In this document: positions 57,238 to 64,000 of the stretch, piece by piece
Numbering within the stretch: the first letter of the stretch is position 1
Layout: the number at the start of each line of letters is the position of its first letter
From: a virus
Lineage: Duplodnaviria > Caudoviricetes
Reading direction: 5' to 3' (one strand)
DNA length: 64,000 bases
IMG/VR virus record: IMGVR_UViG_3300021958_011004
Location: 1 to 64,000 of that record
Program-made: the position numbers and the translations under genes
Notes under the pieces: model-generated
What the model was told of the DNA's origin: nothing
What the model saw: only the letters and a program-made list of their open reading frames with translations
Databases searched by the model: none

Positions 57238-57609
57238 TCAATCCAGGTCAAAACGATCATTTAATTCGTCAGTTGCACCTTCTGCACCTAACCCACTAAT
57301 TCTATCACGTTTTTTCCCGATTGTTACCGTTAATATTTCTGTTTGTTCACCATGAACTTCTTCTGCTTCTTTCACATCTTCTTGATAATCAGAAACAGCA
57401 TCTTTAATACTATTAACTTGTCTTTGATTTGCCTTGTTAATAATCTCTATTTCTTTTTCTTTGGCTTCTTTTGCTTGCTTCCAAATTTCTTTAATATTAA
57501 TTTTCTTCCCAATTAAAATTAAGACGATTGGCACAGAAACGCCTAGAATAAATTTCCAGTTTATTCTGCACCAATCTAAAAAACTTAATTTCACTAAATT
57601 AATATCCAT
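57238..57609 (-). CDS. N-terminal TM + coiled-coil protein (i-spanin-like?)
   Basis: KFILGVSVPIVLILIG followed by coiled coil. Confidence 0.6.
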   Translation of the reverse strand: MDINLVKLSFLDWCRINWKFILGVSVPIVLILIGKKINIKEIWKQAKEAKEKEIEIINKANQRQVNSIKDAVSDYQEDVKEAEEVHGEQTEILTVTIGKKRDRISGLGAEGATDELNDRFDLD

Positions 57610-57988
57610 ATTCAGCGTGTAGAGCTGATTGATCCATTCCCGCTGATCTGAAAGCGTCTCTTATTGCGCGCTTAACCATCTCAGCTTCAGGAGATGCATT
57701 TCCTGATCCTAAAGGATAGACTTGTCCATAAACAGTAATATTAGTAACAGGTTCACCAGAATAAAAAACCGGCATCATATTTGATACTCGAGTACCGTCT
57801 GTCGGTGCCTTTATGGAAAGCTTCGTCACATCAAATCCAGCATCACTCACAATCGCCTGTACAATTCTCCACGCCGAATTGCTTCCCGCCATCAGCTCTT
57901 CTCCTGTTATACCACTAGCAGGGTAAGTCATAGCATCTTCAAGCGCTTCATTAATTAATCTTCTTAATTGTCTTCTATTTAATTTCAT
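57599..57988 (-). CDS. hypothetical protein with MKLNRRQLRRLINE leader
   Basis: Start reset to the leader Met; AAGG SD. Confidence 0.75.
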   Translation of the reverse strand: MKLNRRQLRRLINEALEDAMTYPASGITGEELMAGSNSAWRIVQAIVSDAGFDVTKLSIKAPTDGTRVSNMMPVFYSGEPVTNITVYGQVYPLGSGNASPEAEMVKRAIRDAFRSAGMDQSALHAEYGY

Positions 57989-57992
57989 TTTA

Positions 57993-58319
57993 TTATCCTT
58001 TCCAAACTTTGGCAAAATCAATGGCGGATTGTCCGCCAATGTAACACATGGCAATCATTCCCCAGATATCTGAGTCTAATCCTGCCCAAATCAATAGTGC
58101 TGTTGCAGCACCAAAAACTAATAACTTTCTAGAAATAATCTTTTCTTGAACTGCATCAAGTATACCTTTATCTTTGTCACCTAGATAAAGTCCTTTTTTT
58201 GCTTTTGAGCTTAACTCTAATTCAGCAACAGCTTCAAGCCTGTCAGAAATAACTTCTTTAACATCGTCAACTGGTAAATTTGCAATTGCTTCTTTTATAT
58301 CGTCTTTTGAAATATTCAT
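57993..58319 (-). CDS. holin-like membrane protein
   Basis: SRKLLVF...two TM...YIGGQSAID, basic end. Confidence 0.55.
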   Translation of the reverse strand: MNISKDDIKEAIANLPVDDVKEVISDRLEAVAELELSSKAKKGLYLGDKDKGILDAVQEKIISRKLLVFGAATALLIWAGLDSDIWGMIAMCYIGGQSAIDFAKVWKG

Positions 58320-58327
58320 AACTTCTC

Positions 58328-58594
58328 CTAATCTTTTAAAGGATCTTCATCTTCTAACATATTAAATATGGCATCAACATCAGTTTTTGTGTACTTCTTA
58401 ACACTTTTTACTTGTTTGTCTCTAACTAGCTGATCTAGTATCCTTATCACATCATTTGATTCTTGCCCGACACGTGATGCAAACTCTTCAAAAACTTCTT
58501 GCATTGATAAGTCCCTTTCGACGCATCTAAGTCTAAACTCTTTGTGTGTATCAGGTTTTAAGCTGATGTGAACAGATTTTTTAGATCTAATCAA
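58328..58594 (-). CDS. ribbon-helix-helix-like DNA-binding protein
   Basis: KSVHISLKPDTHKEFR..C.ERDLSMQEVFE. Confidence 0.6.
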   Translation of the reverse strand: MIRSKKSVHISLKPDTHKEFRLRCVERDLSMQEVFEEFASRVGQESNDVIRILDQLVRDKQVKSVKKYTKTDVDAIFNMLEDEDPLKD

Positions 58595-58596
58595 TT

Positions 58597-59244
58597 TTAT
58601 GCTCCGCTTTGTCCCATGCCACCAGCAAATGCACCAACTGCAAATTCTTGATCTTCAGTCTCTCTATCAGAAGCAAACTCTGCCATTGAGATTCCATATT
58701 CATTTTCTAGAATACTAACATATCTATCAACAAAGTTTTCACCATAGTTCTCATCTAAGAAGTTCTTAATTCTATTAACAATAGCTTCTTCGACTCTAAG
58801 AAGATTCTTGTAATTCATAATTAATCTAACAGTTCTCATTGCAAAAGCATCGATATCTAAGTCAGGAACCTCTTCTTCACCGGGTTCGTCAACATCCATT
58901 GCCTCGCTTCCTGTTGGAACTGGTGCTGATTCTTCTTCTCCACCTTCTTCAGCTGTTGCTTCTTCAGCTGCAACTTCTTCCTCTTCTTGCTCAAAAAGAT
59001 ATTGAAGACTTGAACTGCTTAAGCTTTGTTCCATCAATTCGTCACCCCTGACAATACTTTCATCTCTAATAGAACTAGCTTCATATTTTAAAATAAGAGC
59101 GTCAATCTGATCGTCGATTGAAGAAAGGGCTTTTCGAGCTTTGATATCTGTTGATTTAGAGACTAGTTTTAGTCCAGTTTCTGGAGTGTCAACACTGCTT
59201 TCTTGTTCAAATAAAAGATTATAAATTTTTGAAGGTTTACTCAT
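58597..59244 (-). CDS. acidic protein, putative virion core
   Basis: LFEQE twice; EQEEEEVAAEE shared with 52413-53156. Confidence 0.75.
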   Translation of the reverse strand: MSKPSKIYNLLFEQESSVDTPETGLKLVSKSTDIKARKALSSIDDQIDALILKYEASSIRDESIVRGDELMEQSLSSSSLQYLFEQEEEEVAAEEATAEEGGEEESAPVPTGSEAMDVDEPGEEEVPDLDIDAFAMRTVRLIMNYKNLLRVEEAIVNRIKNFLDENYGENFVDRYVSILENEYGISMAEFASDRETEDQEFAVGAFAGGMGQSGA

Positions 59245-59939
59245 TATGCACCTCTAATAATTTGTAAGATTTTATCAGCTTTTTCAAATCTCTTTTCAAT
59301 CACTGACCATCTTAGCTGTTTCATCATTGCAGTTAAATATGTCTTTGCATCTTTTAAATAGTCTTTGTAATAAGCATGTTGCCACATATCAACTACAATG
59401 ACAGGATACATTCCCACAGGAACGTTTTCTGAATGTAAGTCAATAAATGTGTTCATATAGCTTTGTGTATATGTGTTTAAATAAGTCACAACCCATCCAC
59501 AACGTGAGCTTAAAGCACATGCCATGAAATCTTTCTGCCATTCATCGAAAGAACCAAAGTCTCTATTGAGTCTCATGTAAGATAGAGAATCCATACCAAT
59601 TTGAGAATTTGCATCTGCCATATTTGCAAAGAAAAGCTCATGAAGATAAGCACCGTTCATATTATATGTTTCATCAATTTTAACGCTGCGATACATGTGA
59701 CGGTTTGAATTGACATTTGATTTATCTGCACCATCTAGTTCTGCGCTAGCTTGATTAAATGACTCAATATAACCTTTGTATAATTTAAAATGATTATCAA
59801 TGTTTGCATCACTTAAAAAATCAGTTCTTACTTCAAATTGCTTTGGTTGTGCAACCATTGCTTCGTTTAGTTTTTTATCTTCAACATCAAGCGTCTTTCT
59901 AACTAAGTCTTGAATTTTTTTGTTAAATAATGCGTCCAT
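59244..59939 (-). CDS. Fe/Mn superoxide dismutase family protein
   Basis: NHFKLY, LHELFFANM, FGSFDEW, GWVV, DMWQHAYYKDY. Confidence 0.85.
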   Translation of the reverse strand: MDALFNKKIQDLVRKTLDVEDKKLNEAMVAQPKQFEVRTDFLSDANIDNHFKLYKGYIESFNQASAELDGADKSNVNSNRHMYRSVKIDETYNMNGAYLHELFFANMADANSQIGMDSLSYMRLNRDFGSFDEWQKDFMACALSSRCGWVVTYLNTYTQSYMNTFIDLHSENVPVGMYPVIVVDMWQHAYYKDYLKDAKTYLTAMMKQLRWSVIEKRFEKADKILQIIRGA

Positions 59940-59946
59940 CTATACC

Positions 59947-60201
59947 TCACACCGGTTCATAATTTTTAAAGTCATCTGATACAATTTTTATAAAAATCTT
60001 TTTTCTCATTCCTGGGCCATAATATCTATATGCAATCACACAGGGTTCTTCATCCAGATTAACTTTCTTTACTGTGTATTTAACCCCTGAGTCAATGTGT
60101 CTTATCAGTAAATCATCTTTAATAAAATCAATACAAGAATCTTTCTTTTTCCCGCCAAGAGCACATAAAGTCTCAAATAATCTTTTCTTTGTAATACCCA
60201 T
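59947..60201 (-). CDS. hypothetical protein
   Basis: ORF track. Confidence 0.65.
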   Translation of the reverse strand: MGITKKRLFETLCALGGKKKDSCIDFIKDDLLIRHIDSGVKYTVKKVNLDEEPCVIAYRYYGPGMRKKIFIKIVSDDFKNYEPV

Positions 60202-60220
60202 CAGATAACCTCAGGAATAA

Positions 60221-60637
60221 TTATTCTTTACAAACTGTTCTTACTGTTATTCCTGCGTCCTTTAAAATCTTTATTGAATTCTCAGAGTAAGGATAAAACT
60301 CAGAATACACAACTTCACTAATACCAGCATTCACTATCGCCTTTGCACAAACATCGCAAGGAGACAGTGTTAAATACATCTTCTTCTTTTTTGGATAATT
60401 GTAATCACACTTAATTAGCGCATTAATTTCTGCGTGAATAAAACCACTTTGTCCCTGTTCCAAAGACTCTCTTTTATTACTTCCACCTTTCTGGTCTCCG
60501 TTGTATCCTATTGATAGAACCTGAGTATTTTCTTCATTTACAATAACAGCGCCAACCTTGTGTTTTGTGTCAGGTGAGCGCTGTGAAATTGTATGAGCAA
60601 AATTAATCCAAATTTCATCCCATCCCGGTCTTTTCAT
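60221..60637 (-). CDS. dCMP deaminase (cytidine/deoxycytidylate deaminase family)
   Basis: KVGAVIV, GYNG, HAEINAL, PCDVCAKAI. Confidence 0.9.
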   Translation of the reverse strand: MKRPGWDEIWINFAHTISQRSPDTKHKVGAVIVNEENTQVLSIGYNGDQKGGSNKRESLEQGQSGFIHAEINALIKCDYNYPKKKKMYLTLSPCDVCAKAIVNAGISEVVYSEFYPYSENSIKILKDAGITVRTVCKE

Positions 60638-60645
60638 TTTTTTTG

Positions 60646-61245
60646 CTATTCCTCAAAAGGGTCGTATTTAAATAATTCAAAATCTTTGTAATAAAACTCT
60701 CTAATTAAATTCTTGGAATTGTCATTAAAAACTTCCAAATAGTCCATTTTTTTATTATGTGAGTTTAGAATTTTAATTTCATCATCAATATCAACAATGT
60801 TATTTTCTTTTAAAAAAGAAAACAGAGGTGTCATCAATTCTTGCTTGAATATTTTAGACTTCTCATTTAAGAAAGCATATTGAGGAATCCAGTGATTATT
60901 ATCAACATGATATCCTTGCATCGGTAATATTGTTTTAAACATAACATCTATCACATAATTGTAATCAATCTTACTACCTGACTCACAATGTGCTCTTCTT
61001 ACTTGATTTAAATGTGATAATGCCCGTGAAAAAGGATTTCTAACGACTGCAAATGAAATCTCTGGATTTGCTTTTATAAAATTATCTTTATATTCATAAT
61101 AGCAATTATGATGAGAGTTTATAATTCTCAATGCTTTGTCTTCAACCCATCCATTTCTTTCCAAAAGATTTCTAATACTACTTCCACCTGTTTTTGGAAT
61201 GTGTGAAAAGTGAATTATTCTTCCTTGCCTTTCCCAAAACGACAC
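60646..61245 (-). CDS. sulfotransferase family 2 protein
   Basis: HIPKTGGSSI, VVRNPFSR, HWIPQ, YYKDFELFKY. Confidence 0.85.
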   Translation of the reverse strand: MSFWERQGRIIHFSHIPKTGGSSIRNLLERNGWVEDKALRIINSHHNCYYEYKDNFIKANPEISFAVVRNPFSRALSHLNQVRRAHCESGSKIDYNYVIDVMFKTILPMQGYHVDNNHWIPQYAFLNEKSKIFKQELMTPLFSFLKENNIVDIDDEIKILNSHNKKMDYLEVFNDNSKNLIREFYYKDFELFKYDPFEE

Positions 61246-61433
61246 TATCTTTTCCTTGCTTTTATCTTGTTAGAATACTTGTCTTTGTAGAATGTTGCTG
61301 TTGGGTGATTTGAGCACTCTATTTTTAGACCACTATTTACTACAACAATCCAATTCTGTTTAACAGAATTATACTTTATGTATGGGCATTTAATCATTCT
61401 TTGTTTCTTCCTTGTCAAACAAATCATCAACAT
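61245..61433 (-). CDS. small hypothetical protein
   Basis: ORF track; start likely at MIKCP. Confidence 0.45.
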   Translation of the reverse strand: MLMICLTRKKQRMIKCPYIKYNSVKQNWIVVVNSGLKIECSNHPTATFYKDKYSNKIKARKR

Positions 61434-62241
61434 TTGTGTCTCCTGCTAGCCTAAAACCAGCAGCCTTTTTATGACCACCGCCGCCAAACTTCTTGGCAAC
61501 CTCTGAAACATCTATCGTATCATGGAATGCTCTTAAACTAACTTTAATATCTTTATCATTGTGATCATAATACCAAATCATTGCATAATCACAATCAGGA
61601 GAAAGTCTCGCTCCTATCTCACTCATCCAGTGAGATGCATTAACTACCATAACGTGTTTACCGTCTAGATGCCTTTCAGCTGCCTTATCACAAACTTTCT
61701 TAACAACTGTCTTTGAATATGCAAGAATATAACTTCCTCGCTTAACAGCATCATCAAAAACTGAATCATCTTCAAATTTTTCAAATTCTTCAAATTCAAA
61801 AGGAACCATGTCAAAAGCTGCACTAAATTCTTTTGAATAAGGTAACTCCCATTTCCACAAGTCTCTATCAGTAATATACTGAATAAACTTTGGAGCTTCT
61901 TTGCCAGGGTGAAAGAAATCCCAAGCAAGTGTAGCTCCTGATTTATTCATATCAAATATGGTGTTTGATATATCATGCAACTCAACCATCGCTGACTTAT
62001 GATGATCTATAACAAGTAAGTCATTGGCTTCTTCAATCATCTTCTTTGTTACTTCATTTTTAAAAGAAAAGTCAAGAATAACAACGTTTTTATCTGTTAC
62101 ATCAGGAGGAGGAGCGCCATGACTGCATGCATGATACTCTGCTCTATTTCCTAGTAGTTTCCAAGCTGAATAAGCGGATCCAAATCCATCTGTGCAATTT
62201 GCATGGTATATAACACAATTAACACTTGAAGGGTCTAACAT
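61390..62241 (-). CDS. DHH/DHHA1 phosphoesterase (NrnB-like)
   Basis: YHANCTDG, ILDFS, IDHH, DRDLW, GGGGHKKAAG. Confidence 0.9.
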   Translation of the reverse strand: MLDPSSVNCVIYHANCTDGFGSAYSAWKLLGNRAEYHACSHGAPPPDVTDKNVVILDFSFKNEVTKKMIEEANDLLVIDHHKSAMVELHDISNTIFDMNKSGATLAWDFFHPGKEAPKFIQYITDRDLWKWELPYSKEFSAAFDMVPFEFEEFEKFEDDSVFDDAVKRGSYILAYSKTVVKKVCDKAAERHLDGKHVMVVNASHWMSEIGARLSPDCDYAMIWYYDHNDKDIKVSLRAFHDTIDVSEVAKKFGGGGHKKAAGFRLAGDTNVDDLFDKEETKND

Positions 62242-62286
62242 CTAATACTCCATGTTGTTCTTTGGTTCATAACTATCTAAGCAACC

Positions 62287-62856
62287 CTATTCTTTCATGT
62301 GGTCATGATGTGCCTGACATCTTGGTTCATATAATTCTTCACCACCAACCTGTATTTTTACATTAGCGTTACTCAAACTATATTGAATCTTTTTTGATGT
62401 GTATCTTGCATCACTTCTGCAAACCGTGCAAACAGCTGTACATTTAACAATTTCTGTACAATAAGGCATTACTTCTTTAACTTCTTCAAATGGTTCACCT
62501 AAAAAATTAAGCTCAATTGAAGAAATAAAAACATCATAACCTTTTCTAAAGAGCTTAATACAAGCTTCAGCAGCTCCAGGAATCATGAATATCTCATCAA
62601 CAGCTACACAATCAACATCAACATTACTGCTAGCTATAATTTCAAGTATTTCCTTTCCATTCTCAACTTGAAAACACTTGACATGAGCATCATTGTGTGT
62701 GACAATTACACCATCGACGGAATATCTATCATCCATCTTGGGCTTAAAAGACAACGTAGTCTTACCTTGATAGTGTAATCTGTCAATCTTCTGTAACAGT
62801 CTAGTTGTTTTTGAACTAAACATAGGCCCAGTATATAAAACCAATTCTGTGTTCAT
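62287..62856 (-). CDS. tdk: thymidine kinase
   Basis: GPMFSSKTT, VDEI, CTVC...YEPRC. Confidence 0.92.
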   Translation of the reverse strand: MNTELVLYTGPMFSSKTTRLLQKIDRLHYQGKTTLSFKPKMDDRYSVDGVIVTHNDAHVKCFQVENGKEILEIIASSNVDVDCVAVDEIFMIPGAAEACIKLFRKGYDVFISSIELNFLGEPFEEVKEVMPYCTEIVKCTAVCTVCRSDARYTSKKIQYSLSNANVKIQVGGEELYEPRCQAHHDHMKE

Positions 62857-63867
62857 TTAATCTAGCTCCCACCATTTAATAGTTTCTTCTAAGCCATCCC
62901 AAAATCTAACCAGTGGCTTATATCCAAACTCTCTTTCAGCTTTTGAAACGTCAGCTTGAGTGTGCATAACATCGCCAGGTCGCCACGGGGCATCAACAAC
63001 ATCAACATTGAAACGAACCTTAAAATATTCTAAAATCTCTCTATTTGATGTTCTGTCATTACAAGCAATGTTAAAATAGTCACCTTTAAAGGGTTCTTCT
63101 CTTTCTGCAGCCAAGACATTAGCACTTACGACGTTATCAATATAGCACATGTCTCTTGATTGTGAACCATCACCATCTGATCTACAAGAACCACCTGTCT
63201 TTACAGCGTTGCACCATGCAGAAACAGCAGTTGAGTAAGGTGAGTCGCCATATTGCCCAGGACCAAAGACATTAAAGTATCGCAAACAAACAACATCAAG
63301 CTGATATAAATCCCAACAAAGTTTCGCAAAATCTTCAATAGCTGATTTCTGCCATGCGTAAGGTGACTTAGGATTCTTTGGTGCAGTTTCCTTTGTTGGT
63401 AAATCATCAGCACCGCCATAAACTGAAGAAGAAGAAGCAAATACAATTCTTTTAATTCCACCCTCTTTGCAAGATTCAAAAAGAGCAACAGTTTTATTGA
63501 TGTTTGTATTTGTTGTTTCAGAAGGATGTTCAACAGAATAACCTACACGAGGAACTGCAGCTTGATGAAAAACATAGTCATAATAGTTTTCTTCAATGTT
63601 GCTTAAGAGAAATGGACTAGCAAAGTCATCTTGAATAACAAGCACTTCATCATCTTCTCTTGTTACTGTTCCTTTTTCAATTTGGCCGTAGTAAATATCC
63701 AAAAAAGAAGCGTTAGGTAGTATTCTTTTCTTTAATCCATCAAGAAGCTCTAGATGACCATTTGACATATCGTCCACAACATCAACTCTCCATCCTTTAC
63801 TGATTAATTCTTTTGCAAGATTGCTTCCAATAAATCCACAGCCACCAGTTATTAGTGCTCTTTTCAT
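62857..63867 (-). CDS. NAD-dependent nucleotide-sugar epimerase/dehydratase
   Basis: TGGCGFIGS, HQAA, SSSSVYG, YAWQK, RYFNVFGP, RPGDV. Confidence 0.92.
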   Translation of the reverse strand: MKRALITGGCGFIGSNLAKELISKGWRVDVVDDMSNGHLELLDGLKKRILPNASFLDIYYGQIEKGTVTREDDEVLVIQDDFASPFLLSNIEENYYDYVFHQAAVPRVGYSVEHPSETTNTNINKTVALFESCKEGGIKRIVFASSSSVYGGADDLPTKETAPKNPKSPYAWQKSAIEDFAKLCWDLYQLDVVCLRYFNVFGPGQYGDSPYSTAVSAWCNAVKTGGSCRSDGDGSQSRDMCYIDNVVSANVLAAEREEPFKGDYFNIACNDRTSNREILEYFKVRFNVDVVDAPWRPGDVMHTQADVSKAEREFGYKPLVRFWDGLEETIKWWELD

Positions 63868-64000
63868 ACACCTTCTCCTATCATTTTTTGTATTTCACTT
63901 CTGTGTATTGTTTTTATTTCAAACCCTTTCTCTAAAAGGTTTTTCCAGGTCTCAGGAGACCCATTGTAAACTTTATAATCTTCACCCTCTGTTATATAAA
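63864..64000 (-). CDS. partial hypothetical protein (C-terminus; runs off window)
   Basis: Open frame ...YITEGEDYKVYNGSPETW...GEGV-stop, ATGA-coupled to the epimerase. Confidence 0.55.
   Translation of the reverse strand, partial: YITEGEDYKVYNGSPETWKNLLEKGFEIKTIHRSEIQKMIGEGV

Noticed and set aside
56836-58319. Confident holin-spanin lysis cassette
   Set aside because: Topologies fit loosely, but 56836 lacks a proper lipobox and no endolysin is adjacent; kept only as low-confidence labels.

Overview
This is a 64-kb segment of a large, AT-rich (roughly one-third GC by eye) dsDNA bacteriophage of jumbo/T4-like type. It is densely coding under the standard bacterial code. Nearly every real gene is on the minus strand; thyX and one fibre-like gene are the exceptions. 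RNA genes: seven tRNAs (Lys-UUU, Thr-UGU, Ala-UGC, Asn-GUU, Ser-UGA, Leu-UAA, Arg-UCU), where Leu-UAA is interrupted by a 239-nt group I intron; a CAU tRNA locus split around a homing-endonuclease-like gene; and a complete tmRNA. Nucleotide metabolism: purA, guaC, thyX, tdk, dCMP deaminase and a cytosine-deaminase-like enzyme. Other recognisable products: ribosomal protein bS21, GroEL, Hsp20, thioredoxins, SOD, CysK, repair and replication enzymes (RadA-like ATPase, DinG-like helicase, DenV, 5'-3' and DEDDh exonucleases) and sugar-modifying enzymes. The sigma-70-like factor appears to have its region-4.2 helix-turn-helix in a separate downstream gene, and at least ten promoters share an unusual NTGYAA-N17-TATAAT consensus. 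Many uncharacterised proteins carry a MK(I/L)TRRQLRRLIKE-type leader resembling a capsid-targeting peptide. Several lipoproteins and a GC-TM-basic tail protein suggest a Myxococcota-like host (inference). No CRISPR array, reverse transcriptase, integrase or rRNA was seen. All family assignments are by eye from motifs; no database search was run.
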